A DNA stretch of 64,000 nt from Eledone cirrhosa. Lineage: Eukaryota. Positions 47,790-61,590 of the stretch are shown in pieces. Both the position numbers and the translations under genes were made by a program. How positions within the stretch are numbered: position 1 is the stretch's first letter; each line of letters begins with the position of its first letter. The stretch spans positions 98,456,001 through 98,520,000 of the forward strand of contig OZ024740.1 of assembly GCA_964016885.1 (NCBI GenBank). The letters run 5' to 3'. Below the pieces are notes generated by a model that saw only the letters and a list, made by a program, of their open reading frames with translations, made no database searches and was not told where the DNA came from.

Positions 47790-50700
47790 GGCTAACATAA
47801 CCCCATCTCCCCCCCGCGCCCCACCGCTCCCCCCTCCAAACGCAATCCAAAACTTCAGAGTTGGTACCATGAATGTAGGCACCTTAAAGGGTCGCTCTAA
47901 CGAGGTTGTAGAAATGCTTGAACGTAAGGAGGTCGATGTTTGTTGTATTCAAGAGACCAGGTGGAAGGGTGGGTCTGCAAGATTCATTGTGGGTAAAAAA
48001 CGATGCTATAAGCTTTTCTGGGTGGGAAATGACAACGGGCTGGGTGGAGTAGGAATCATGGTAGCAGAAAAGTGGGCAGATAAGATAATAGACGTAAATA
48101 GAGTGAACGACAGAATAATTAAAATAAGACTTGTCCTCAATAGAACTACGGTGACAGTAATATCTGCGTACGCACCCCAATCCGGACTGCCCGGCACTAT
48201 AAAAGACAGATTCTATGAGACACTGATGCTCACTACCTCCCAAATAACCAACAGTGACTATATAATTATTGCAGGCGACCTAAATGGCCACGTTGGACAA
48301 CATTGTGACGGCTACGACGGAATCCATGGAGGCTATGGGTTTGGTACTAGAAATGAGGCAGGCTCCAGAATCCTGGAATTCTGTGACGCAAATAACCTAA
48401 CTATCTGTAACACTAACTTCAAAAAACGAGACAATCACCTGATCACCTATAGATCGGGGGAACACACAAGCCAGGTAGATTATCTCCTTACCAGAAGACG
48501 TGACAGAGTGTCTATTGTAAACACTAAATCCCTCCCCCATGAAGAATGCACCTCCCAACATAGACTGATAATTAGCGACCTAATAGTCAGGACGAGACGT
48601 ACTAGACAGCAGAAGAGGATTATCCTCAGGAGAAAAATATGGAAGCTAAAGGACCCCACAGCCAGAAATAAATTTAAAAGCATACTACTTGATACTTTCA
48701 ACAGTAAGGAAGAGCAATTAGAGTCGTACAATATAGAAAAACAGTGGGAATTTCTGAAAGCAAACCTGCTGATGGCGGCAGACGAAGTCTATGGCTGGAG
48801 CAGGCCTGTAGGCAGGAGGAGAGTAACATGGTGGTGGAACAGTAAGGTGGAGGGGTCAATTAAGGCCAAAAAGCAAGCTTGGAAAGTATGACGGGATGGG
48901 TGAAGTAGAGAAGACTATCAAGTGGCCAGGAGGGAAGCTAGGAGACAAGTGTACTTCGCAATAAGGGAAGCAGAGGAAAGAAAGTTCAAGCATGTTCTAC
49001 AAGGCGAGGACCAAAAACGTGAGGTGTTCAGGATTGCTAGGAAATGTGTCAAGGAAAACCGTGATATTGTCGGGGAGAAGTGTGTACTTAATGATGATGG
49101 CGTACTTGCCATCACCGACGCTGATAAGAAGGTAGCTTCGAAGTGTCACTACGAAAGGCTACTAAATGAGGAGAATAAATGGGAGAAAGACAGTCTCCCC
49201 CACATCGACCCAATAGAGGGACCAGCAGTGTTAGTCGAGGGTAGTATAATAAGTAAGGCAATCAAAGATATGAAGACGGGTAAGGTAGCTGGGACTTCGG
49301 AAATAGTTGCTGAGATGCTGAAGGCATCTGGAACGGTGGGACACACCATGGTCACCCAGATAGTAAACCAAGTCGTACATAATGGGGTTTTCCGAAGGAC
49401 TGGCGTAGCAGCATCATCATTAACTGTTATAAGGGTAAAGGAGATGCCTTAGATAGGAGTAACTATAGAGGCATTAAATTAATCGACCAGGTCATGAAGG
49501 TCACGGAAAAAGTAATAGCGCAACTAATCAGAGAGAGAATTGATCTAGATGAAATGCAGTTCGGGTTTGTGTCAGGCAAAAGTTCCACAGACGCTCTTTT
49601 CATTGTACGACAACTACAGGAGAAGCACCTAGCTAAAAGTAAACCCCTATACTTACCTTTTGTCGACTTGGTGAAAGCCTTCGACAGAGTCCCCCGTTCC
49701 ATTATCTGGTGGTCTCTTAGAAAACTAGGTGTTGACAAATGGCTTGTGAGAGCTATACAAGCCATGTATAAAGAAACAGTCAGTAAGGTTAGAATTAACA
49801 ACGAATATAGTGAAGAGTTTAGCGTAAAAGTTGGTGTCCACCAGGGCTCTGTTCTTAGCCCCCTACTATTTATTATTGCCCTTCAGGCTATAACAGAGGA
49901 GTTCAAGACCGGCTGCCCATGGGAACTCCTATACGCAGATGATCTAACGCTCATAGCTGAATCAATGACAGAACTAGAGAAGAAATTCCAAACATGGAAG
50001 CACGGCCTAGAATCAAAAGGCCTTAAAATTAACCTGGCTAAGACTAAAGTTCTAGTTTGTAGGAAAGAAAATAAGGCAGCGGTCCCATCTGGGAAATGGC
50101 CATGCTCAGTGTGTAGGAAAGGCGTAGGTAGAAACTCCATTTTATGTCCCAAATGCAAAGTATGGGTGCATAAAAGATGTAGTGGGATCACAGGTAAGCT
50201 AACTAAGAACATAGATTTTACATGTGGCCGGTGCTCTGGTGCAATAAGTAGCAGCAAGTGCCCACAAAATACTAGCTCCTTCAACTGCGCAGAGGGTTCT
50301 ATAGAAATAGTGGACAGCTTCCGTTACCTGGGTGACAAAATCAGCAGTGGGGGAGGGTGCTCTGAAAGTACAGTAGCTAGAGTCAGAACTGGATGGAAAA
50401 AGTTCAGAGAGCTTATACCACTATTAGCCGCTAGAGGGTTCTCCCTAAAAATGAAAGGCAGGTTTACGATGCCTGCATACGAACAGCAATGCTGCATGGC
50501 AGTGAGACCTGGGCATTGTGTGCAGAGGATATACGCAGACTAGAGAGGAACGAAGCTTGCATGCTCCGCTGGATGTATAATAGTAATATACGTGAACGGC
50601 AAAGCATAAACGAACTAAGGAAAAAATTAGAAATAAGAGGAATCAGATGTTGTTTACTCGAGAGAAGGCTACGTTGGTATGGTCACGTCATGCGCATGAA

Positions 50701-51265
50701 AGACGACAGCTGTATAACAAAGTGCAGGGCAATAAAGATAGACGGTAGCCACGGAGTAGGCAGACCCAGAAAAACCTGGGACGAGCTGATAAATTCCGAC
50801 CTCACACACTTACACCTCTCCAAGACAATGTCACTGGACCGAGACCTTTGGCGGTACTCAGTAATAGAGAAGACCCGCCTTACCTAAATACAAAGTAAAA
50901 CCTACTACAGCCAGTAGGCATCTCTAACAAAATACACCCCCCGTCCCACCTCCCCCACCCCATCCACACCTTTCAATGTAAAGTTATGTTGGTGCCACAA
51001 CATCCAGGCCGAAACAAATGAGATCGTGTAGGTGTCACGACAAAAAAACACACAGTCTACGCTGTAATGTGGCCGTGTAGGCAACACGGTAAAAACCTCC
51101 CAGCCCCACACTGTAAATGTGGTTGGTGTTAGGAAGGGCATCCAGCTGTAGAAAACCCGCCAGACAGTCCTATGCGAGCAATGACAACCACTCTTGCCTC
51201 AAGTCGAAAAACTCCCGTCCAAACCCATGCAAGCGTGGAACATGGACGTTAAACGATGATGATGA

Positions 51266-51270
<5 letters not shown>
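47790..51270 (+). mobile_element. Near full-length RTE-clade LINE (single ORF APE + RT with PHD-like insert), with stops and frameshifts
   Basis: GTMNVGTL..CCIQETRW..SAYAPQ..GDLNGHVG..QVDY..SQHRL; FVDLVKAFDRV, GVHQGSVLSP, LYADD, FRYLG, LRWYGHV; stops at 48889 and 48901, frameshifts near 49390 and 50460; (GAT)n tail. Confidence 0.95.
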
Positions 51271-51304
<34 letters not shown>

Positions 51305-51702
51305 ATTGCATATGTATATGTATGAGCGAGACGCAGTCTTCTAACCAATCTTGCCTCAAGTGGAACAAAACTGTCCAACCCATACTAGCATGGAAGATGG
51401 ACGTGACATGATGATGATGACGATGATGATAGATAGATATTTTCTATAAAGTGAAATGTCGTGAGACCAAATATGTTGAATTTCCTTAATTTTATATTCC
51501 TACAAACACTATGCAGATTTCAGTGGCCAGGTTGCATACAAACCTGGTGACATCTTCAGGTATAAATTTCGTAATAGATGCATACCAGCACAATAATGGT
51601 AAAGTTGAAGGATAGAAGCAAAGAAAAAACAGAGGGGGAGAAGTTTGTATTTATGTTTTTGTCCCAGAGATGGGTGAAGTACATGCTGCCACCTTGCTCC
51701 GC

Positions 51703-52071
51703 CATCATCATCATCATCATCATCATCGATTAACGTCCATCCTCCATGCTTGCATGGGTTTGGACGGGAATTTTCCCACTTGAGGTAAGAATGGTTGTCT
51801 TGCTCATATAGGACTGTCTGGCGGGTTTTCTATGGCTGGATGCCCTTCCTAACACCAACCACGTTTACAGAGTGGACTGGGAGGTTTTTACCATGTTACC
51901 TACACGGCCACATTACAGCGTGGACTGTGTGTGTTTTTGTCGTGACACCTACACGATCTCATTTATTTCGGACTGGATGTTGTGGTACCAACATAACTTT
52001 ACATTGAAAGGGGTGGTGTGGGGGTAGTGGGACGGGGATGTAATTTTGTTAAGAGGTGCCTACTGACTGTC
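51703..52071 (-). mobile_element. Isolated RTE 3' UTR, inverted relative to 50905-51270
   Basis: Reverse complement aligns over ~365 bp including the (GAT)n tail. Confidence 0.88.
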
Positions 52072-52099
52072 ATATATATATATATACATACACACACAC

Positions 52100-52261
<162 letters not shown>

Positions 52262-52296
52262 GTACATATACATATATATATATATACATACATGTA

Positions 52297-52333
<37 letters not shown>

Positions 52334-54299
52334 GTAGTCATTATATATGTATGTATATTGCTCGTGAAATTTCATCACTGTAAAAATATTTATAATTAAT
52401 AATGATACATCGTTTATACCTAATAAAAGGTAATTATATTAGACATAGATTAATTTATTACAATTATCAAACAATTAATAAACAATGAAGAAATGCTCAC
52501 AATGAAAAGATATTAATCATTTAATAAGTTTTAATTACATATAGAAAATAAAATTATGAATTCATTATTTCATGCCCATTGCGTGTATGCAGAACACAAC
52601 ATATGCAATTTGAATCTAAGTGTGAGATGTAAATGTGTTGTAGGAATTGGTGTAATTGCCTCAGGTGTAATGTTTTCACTGTCCTATAAATGTCTCCTAA
52701 TTAAAGTGAGAGCACCAAAAGTGTTTTTGCCCTCAGGGTGCTAAGAACAATTGTCTGCTATAGCTGATAAGTCAATATATTATCATCTTATATTTTACAT
52801 TTTCTTCATTCCGAAAAACAAAGAAATGGCTTGTTGCTGTCTGCCAGACATAATTCCTGGCAGAAGCATCACTGTTTTTTTTTTGTTTTGTTTTTTTCGG
52901 TGATGAGAGATGGGATTTGAATTCAGAATGTGCAGAGCCAGAACAGATACAACAAAGCAATCCAACCAACTTTTGAAAAATCACTCCTGGAATTGTATTT
53001 TATTTACAAAAAAGCGAAGTTGACATTGGTATGATTTGAACTCAATGGACAGAGACTGGAACAAATATTAAAATATTTAATCCCAGTTCTAATGGTTCTG
53101 TCAATTTGTCACATTTCTTTGTTATTCTTTTATTTCCTATTTATTTACTCAACAAACTAGTGTGAAAAAATAGTCAATTGTTTGATATTTCATTGATAAA
53201 TAGTATCCATCAATAGGTGGTCATTTTTACTGTTTCTGTTTTTGTTATTTTTTTGTTGTTGTTGTTATTTGTAGGGCGATTATTCCAGACCTAATACTCA
53301 AAAATTCATTATCTAATCAATCAAAAGCTGAAAGGTAACCTTGGTGAAATTTAAACACAATGTAAATGCCAGTGGAGGGAAGTTGCAGTAGATGTAGACC
53401 AAGGATAACCTGGGCAGTGGTTGTGAGAGCTGACTTTAAATCATTGTGACTCACAGATGTAAAGAGATGCTGTGCTGGGAAGGATCTGTCCAACCCATAC
53501 AAGAGTGGAAAAGCAGGCATGAAAACAACAATGATGATGATGATGATGGTAAAGAGCCATAATTAAATACTACAAATAATTTTGTATGATTTTTTAATAG
53601 TTCTGCCAATCTACCCAACTAAGCTTTGCAAACAATATACCACAAGGTATTTTCACTTATAATAGAGTTTATAATGTTGATTTCTAATTATCACACAAAG
53701 TCAGACATTTTGAAGTGATGTATAGTGGATTAAATCGTTCTTAACTGGTATTAATTACATCAAACTCTGAAAGATGAATAAAAAAGCTGACCTTGGTGGG
53801 ATTTGAACTTACAGAGAAGAGGGGCTTAACTAAATATTGCAAAACATTTAGTTGAAAGGTTGGAAGGTTGAAAGGTTGATGAAGTACAAGAAATCAGGGA
53901 ATGCTGAAGAAATTGCCTTGTGATAATTTGCTATTCTCACTTGTATCCTGAGTTCAAACACCACAGGGTCAAATTTGCATTTTATCTATAAAAAGTCAAT
54001 AAGTAAAGAATCAATCATATCATCAGTCAGAAACTCGAAAAGCTTCTGATGGAAATATTAGGCTACTTTGCTTCAAGGCAAACTAATACATACTGATACA
54101 AAGATTCTTAATCTCACTATAAATATGTGGCATGTTCTAAGTTGGTCTCATCACTGAGTCTCCAATTGTTTGAATAACAAAATTCCTCCTTCTGAAATTA
54201 ATGTGTAAAAACTGAATATTTCGTTAGCACTAGTTCTAGATCAAATCAGTGTGACATCTTTGAATAAGGCTAGACCAGAGAGAAAGGAGGATCAACGGA

Positions 54300-54301
<2 letters not shown>

Positions 54302-54331
<30 letters not shown>

Positions 54332-54345
54332 CTTCTTCTTCTTCT
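54302..54345. repeat. (CTT)n microsatellite, possibly the tail of a very decayed minus-strand RTE remnant at ~54470-54760
   Basis: Repeat visible; RRSMGTPQVSWLD..LGIQ..IASDMTHW resembles an RTE C-terminus. Confidence 0.7.
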
Positions 54346-55469
54346 CCTGCTCCTCCTTAACCTTCTCCTCCTCTTGCTCCCCCTTCTTCTCCCCATCCAG
54401 CTCCTGCTTCTGTTCCACTCATCCACCAAATTCTCCCCCTCCTCCTACTTCTGCCTACTTATTCCTGGAAGGGTCATATGGGCAGAATATTTAAGCATGC
54501 ATTCCAATGGGTCATGTCAGAAGCAATAGTGTCCAATTGATCTGACTGGATACCCAAGTGAGATGAACCCAGCTCATGCATGCTATCTAACCAACTTACT
54601 TGGGGTGTACCCATGGATCTCCTATCAATTAATGTTTTTGATAGTGAGCCATTGCTAGAATAGCAGTATAATAATACCACTCCATTCACATTTAGGTTTG
54701 AGTCATTCCCCTCCATGTCAGGGGATCAGTGCCAACATATGCATTGAATCTGTAAGTAGACTATATGACACAGTTTTTACTACACCTAATACTGTAGTGT
54801 GTTAATCAAGAAAGGATCTATATTATGACTTTCTGTATGACATAAACTTGCACTGTGGTGAAGGAGCACAGTGAGACTCTCACAACCCAGCGATGTAGTT
54901 AAAATGAGGTGAGTAAACGCCAACGCTAAAAGCCGCAAGTCTGAGAAAAATTGCCAAATTGGTAACTGGCACATATAAGACCACCAAAAACTGCATTATG
55001 TTTAGATTTAATAAAGCAATCATACTGTATTTATTATCTTTCATGCAGGATAAGAAGAGATGTGTTTGGGTCTTAGCTAGAGGGATCTGTTAAAAAAATA
55101 TATTGCAGTCTCAATCTAATGCTGAAAATACAGGTGATGGGTTTGTGATCTATTTTCGGAAGCATAGGATGGATGCATAAAGTATGTGTATCCCAAGACC
55201 CCAACAAAGGTTCGGAAAGATAAAAGCAAATTTGACTTTGAATTCAGGATGCAAAATGAGAGAACAAAAACAACAAGCATTATATCCAATGCTGTAACAA
55301 TTCCATCAATTTCTTGTCTGATAAATATGCAGGCTTTGGGCTAATGTGAGAAACATAGAATTGTGCCCAAAAGTATGTGTATTACGTGATATTTTTAATG
55401 CTAAACAATTGATAAGGAAATATATATTTAAAATATTGTTTACTCCAAATATTTTGGCATTTAACTGAA

Positions 55470-55810
55470 TATAAGTATTTTTCTTAGTAATCATCCCAAC
55501 TTTAGGGTCAACTTAAGAAGAAACATGTCTCTTCGCTGCACAATTGATATACCATTTCAGTAGCTCAATTTTTATATGGTACTGATCCTTGCATCATATT
55601 CTTCACTTTGGTTTGCAGTCCATTCGATTTTCCTTTAATTTCCAGATGGGTCTAGCTATTAGTTAGTTCCTCTTACCAATATAAATTACAATAACAGGGT
55701 TGTTGTACTAACGTTGCTTGAATTTTCTGTCTGTCATGCATAGATACATTTTTCGAGCTGTATTACAGTTGGGTCCACTGGAGTTGATGTCACTGAGCTG
55801 AATGTTTGAG
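55470..55810 (-). pseudogene. Very decayed GIY-YIG (PLE endonuclease-like) remnant
   Basis: Minus strand KMYLCMTDRKFKQR*YNN..PIWKLKEN resembles PLE Y.G.T...FK.R.NNH..IW.LK. Confidence 0.4.
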
Positions 55811-56485
55811 GTTTCTATTTTTAATTGAAAGATAAAAGCCTCAAAGAGGAATGCATATGTATAAAAAATATAAAATTCCGATTTCTGATTTCAAAAAGAA
55901 ATTCAGTTGTAAATAGTTTTTGTTTCAATGCAAACATTTCCCAATAGATCAGAGAGTAAGATTTACATTTGTGAAATGTTTTTATTATTATTTTTGCTTG
56001 GATACTTTTTGTTCATACTTAAAGTATTCTTTTTTATTCTCAATGCATAAGAAACAAACTTACAAGTGAGCTTCACATATAAATGAAGTGTTACTTTCCA
56101 GCTATTTAGTTTCTGGTACATAAATGTCAAACTGCTAAGATTTATGTATTTCGATTTTGTTTCTATAGTATTCCTAGTGATATACTACTGATATATATTT
56201 CTCTGTTATTTTCTTATCTATCTTTACAGCAACATTTTAGAAATCGCTCTTTACACAGATACACACACAAACAAAATGAAAGGTATACACATGAGTGGTG
56301 ATGCATTTTATGTATATGTGTTTTAGAGTCCATGAGTGTAAGATTATTTACATGAATGCATATATAAGTACAAACACAAACACCAACACACACACATATG
56401 CAAGTATATATGTGTGTATATATATAAATATACCTACATATGTGTAAGTGTGTATATGTATATAGATGTGTGTATATATATATAA

Positions 56486-56559
<74 letters not shown>

Positions 56560-57382
56560 AAGATGATGATGATATACATATATACAGAAATATATATACA
56601 TCTAAAGGAATAACAAGAATTTGAATAAGTTGTAACTGCATACACATATAAACAAACACACAGACATACATATATTCATTATTACTATTTTATATACCTA
56701 TAAAAAATAAAATATGTCTTTAAACCTAGCTCCATCACCAGAAAAACGCACATGATGTAACACATATGCACACACACTGCTCAATGTATAAATGTACTGA
56801 ACTTAAGAAATATATTATTCTGCTTTTATAGCACTATATTTAACACATTCAGACGTTTACTCATGACATGTGTATTTCATATCATTACATGTTTCTATCT
56901 ATGATGTGTTGGCAGTGAGTTGGTAGAATTGTTAGGGCATTTGATAAAATGTTTTGCTGTATTTCGATTGGCTCTGTGAGTCCAAATCTTCCTGAGGGTA
57001 GCTTTGCATTTCATTCTATCTTGAAGAAATCTGTAAACATGGAGAGAGAAGAGTAGAACCATGTTTAAAGTTTCCAAGATATGCCATTTGTTATGATGGC
57101 AAAATTACGATTCCCTTAGAAGTTATGAGAGCAGAGGTCAGTGATATATAAAGTGGTTGAAAGGCACCATCTTTTGCTGCTAGCATTAAAAGGTTATCCA
57201 TTATACATTGCATTTCATTTATTCAATTAGCATTTTGTATTTAATTAGAAATCAATTCTAATTGTAATTTAATCACTAATATGTTTAGTTAGGCATTGCC
57301 TACATTGCCTACATTGCTTATCCAGATGGTACAGCTATTATATATACATGTGTCTACATAAATATATATATATATAAATATA

Positions 57383-57480
<98 letters not shown>

Positions 57481-57518
57481 AGTATTGAAGTTTGCTTGAA
57501 GCATTGTGGAATAATAAG

Positions 57519-58054
57519 ATTTATTATCTTTTGGTCGTTTTGGAAGCCTCAACAATGTAGATGGGTAATTCTCCGGGTAACAGGATCCGGTGGTGAAGAG
57601 AAAGATGTAAGGGAGTATAGAATGTGATGTATAGTGTGTAGAGGAACGTAGGAAAGAGCGTAAAAATAAAAAAAAATAAAAATAATAACACGAGATAGTG
57701 TTATCTTGGGAGTGATTTAATTGTCCCTATATTTCGGATTCACATCCATCAATTAGTCACGAACAGCCAACAGCAGAGGACACGTTCCATTCCTGTCCGA
57801 CAGATAACCTTTCCCCCCGGAAAACCCCCAGTTGATGGATGCGAATCCGAAATATAGGGACAATTAAATCTCTCCCGAGATAACTCTATCTCGTGTTATT
57901 ATTTTTATTTTTTACGCTCTTTCCTACGTTCCTCTACACACTATACATCACATTCCACACTCCCTTACATCTCTCTCTTCACCACCGGATCCTGTTACCC
58001 GGAGAATTATCCATCTGCATTGTTGAGGCTTCCAAAACGGCCAAAAGATAATAA

Positions 58055-58056
<2 letters not shown>
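57519..58056. mobile_element. Fold-back PLE-end-like element (arms ~230 bp, spacer 57753-57831) between (TA)n tracts
   Basis: Clear inverted repeat; degenerate HHR CCC-CAGTTGA-T-GGAT-GCGA-ATCC-GAAA-TA-TA-GGG at 57826-57859. Confidence 0.8.
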
Positions 58057-58118
<62 letters not shown>

Positions 58119-58409
58119 GATACATTCCTCCCACTACATACTGCAAAGTGGCTGGCATTGAAAAAGTCATCCAGCTCTGGAGACCATGCCAAAAGTTGTG
58201 TTAAATGTGGTCGCCTCAACAATCTGGCCTCAAAACATGACAACTCATCTAATCAATGAAAGCAGGAAAGACCACAAATTAGGCTAGTACTTGATGTGCG
58301 GTGAGATACTGATTGTGTATATCAAGGAAAAAGAATCTCAACAGTGAACACTGCTACCCATTTCAATGTGATTTGAGAAGTGCTTGCCATCAGGATTATG
58401 CCTCATCAT

Positions 58410-59243
58410 TACACCATGTTCAATATGTAGGAAAGGAACTGGCATAAATTTCATAAAATGTTCGCAATGCAAATCTTGGTTACGCAAGAGATGTAGTGGG
58501 ATAGCAGGCAAGCTAACAGGTAGGGAAAACTATGTATGCAGTAGGTACACAGGGAAAGTTGGCAGTAGTAATCGCTGTGATAAACACATTTTTCCAATGC
58601 AGGTGGTTTCTATAGAAGTGGTTGATAGCTTTCGGTACCTAGGTGATCAGATTAGCATGGGAGGGGGATGTTCCGAGGCCATAGTATTTAGAATAAGTAC
58701 GGGTTGGAAGAAGTTTAGAGAGCTACTTCCTCTGTTGACAAAGAGGGGTTTCTCCCTGCGTACGAAAGGACGGTTATATGATGCCTGTGTGAGATGTGCA
58801 ATGCTACATAGTAGTGAGACACGGGCAGAAACTTCAGAAGATATGCGACGGCTGGAGAGAAATGAAGCAAGTATGCTCCGTTGGATGTGCAATCTCAATG
58901 TGCATGAACGGCCAAGCATAGACGAGTTGAGAAAGAAACTGGGTATAAGAGGGATAAGTTGTGGTGTGCAGGAGAGACGGCTGAGATGGTATGGACATGT
59001 GATGCGCATGGAGGATGACCGATGGGTGAATAGTGGCAGGAAGTCCCAGTGGAGGGAAGACGCTGTAGAGGTAGACCACGAAAAACTAGGGCAGAGGTGG
59101 TGAGACCAAACCTCAGATCGCTGAAACTCACCGAGGAGAAGACGAAGGGCCGTGATAAGTGTTGAGATGCTGTGCTTAAAGGACCCGTCCAACCCTTGCA
59201 AGCAGGGAAAAGCGGATGTAAAATGATAACGATGATGATGATG
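58410..59243 (+). mobile_element. RTE LINE 3' fragment, same family as 43243-45480
   Basis: PCSICRKGTGINFIKCSQCKSWLRKRCSG..FRYLGD..RLRWYGHV; (GAT)n tail. Confidence 0.92.
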
Positions 59244-60064
59244 GTATATATCAAAATAAATTAACGGAGTCATAAACTCACAATGGTCCTTGTAATTTAT
59301 GAGCTCAAAGGAGAAATCATCCTGGGCTCTTCAAATATAATATATAGAAAAAATAACGCACGAGAGAGAGTGTGTGTTTATCAATGTACTGGGAAAACCA
59401 CCAGTGTATGGAATCTATAAACCTAGAAAGGTGAGGTAGATGCATACTTATTAAAAATATAAATCAGAATGAATTTACCCACCTTTATAACTATATATCA
59501 CACATGTACAAACTCAAAGATTAGTGTATGGAATGAAACACCCAGGTTATTTCAGCGTGCATGCTAAGTGAATACATTCCACACAACTCTAAGAGAACTT
59601 AAGATAACCGCTTTGCAACACGTGGTAGAAAGAAGGAAATATGTGCACAGTAAACTAGTGGCCTGGGTGGGATGAGCCACTAGAGTTGCATGGAATGTAT
59701 TCACTGTGCCTGTGACCAGTGTATTTATATATACACACACAAACATATATATATATGGGTCTTCCAATTTCATTTTACATTATATACATGTTTGTGTGTA
59801 TTTTAATTATTTTAAAATGATGTTTAAGTGAATATGATTTTATAGAAATACTTTTAAGTGAACATGACCCAAAGGATCACTGATGGACTAAGTCTTTCTT
59901 ATATGTCATCTGTCTGTGACCCACCTTGTGGATCGTCTCTCTGTTGACCACCGGCTGATGCTCTCCGACCTCTGGGGCATGCATGCTTATTGCTGTCTTT
60001 GATAGAATTTAGGTGTTTTATTGGCTGTTCTACAGATGAGTTTTCTCATTTTTATATATGTGTG

Positions 60065-60279
<215 letters not shown>

Positions 60280-60493
60280 GTATATATGTATGTGTGTTAC
60301 GTAGAAAACGTAAAGGAAAGAAGAGTGTTCTATGATATATATATATATATATATATATGAAAAGTGTAAGTTTCTACACAAAACGAAGGTTATAGACAAA
60401 ATTGAGGTTGGTAATGGCACATGGAATATATAAGAGACAGAATACTTTTTTGTGAAAAAACATAATTTTATAAGGTTTTAAATAAAGGGTATA

Positions 60494-60543
60494 CAAAATG
60501 ACCGGTTTCGATGGGTCTGCAAAAGCCATCTTTTCAAATGTTG
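60494..60543 (-). ncRNA. Minimal type I hammerhead, U3-A8 variant
   Basis: CAACAT-TTGAAAA-GATGG-CTTTTGCAGAC-CCATC-GAAA-CCGG-TC-ATTTTG. Confidence 0.75.
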
Positions 60544-61093
60544 ATTAATATTAAGAAAATTAATAATAAGAACAGTTAAAATTTGAGATTTGAAAATTCA
60601 AGTATAAAATTCAGTGTGGGATCTGATAGTAGTTTTCATCTTGGTAGCAGCAAGTTGACTGCTGTGTGCCTTTCTGGTAGTGAATGAGTAGTTATTTGGG
60701 GGAGTGGGTTATTTTATAAAGGTCAGATTTAGCAATGACCAGATGGCCAGCTGCTGGTCAGTGAGGGGGTGGAAGCAATATACATACATATATCTCCCTG
60801 TGGTCGGTAGGAGAGGGGAGAGTGATAGAAAGGGATTTAGTGCACTTACACCTATATATACACACATACCCTCATCCACACACACATACATATATATATA
60901 TACATACACATACATATACACACATACATACACACACACATACATATACATACACACACACACATATATACACATACACACATATATATATACACACACA
61001 CACATGTATATACATACATATACATCCAGATACACACATACATACACACACACACACACACATATATACACATACGCATACATCCAGATACAC

Positions 61094-61124
<31 letters not shown>

Positions 61125-61155
61125 CAATACATACACATACATACATCCACATGCA

Positions 61156-61198
<43 letters not shown>

Positions 61199-61590
61199 AT
61201 ACATACACCCACACACATAGAGAAATGGCCTCCAAATATATATATATATACATACATACACATATATTTTTTCCATAATATAAGAAGTTAGGACAGTGAA
61301 ATTAAAATACAAGTCATTCTGATCACATTGAGTTCTTCATGTAGATTGGGCCCCGCAACCGACAGTGGTGAATTCTGTGTGCGCATATATATATAGATAT
61401 ATGTGTGTGCATGTGCAGGGTTTAACATGGATGTGTTGGTCACACAAAGGCATGGTCTGTCAACGAATAAACCTGATTCTACAGAATTGGTCTCTGGTCT
61501 TTAATAGTAGTGATAATTATATACATGCACACATACACATACATATATCTGTCACTCCGTGCGTATGTGTGTTTGTATTTTATGACAATT

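Noticed and set aside
54236-54529. Poly-Leu / poly-Lys ORFs that resemble a signal peptide
   Set aside because: Translation of a (CTT)n/(CTC)n tract.
57826-57859. Functional hammerhead in the 57.5-58.1 kb fold-back
   Set aside because: First box reads CAGTTGA (two core mismatches); kept only as a decayed relic.
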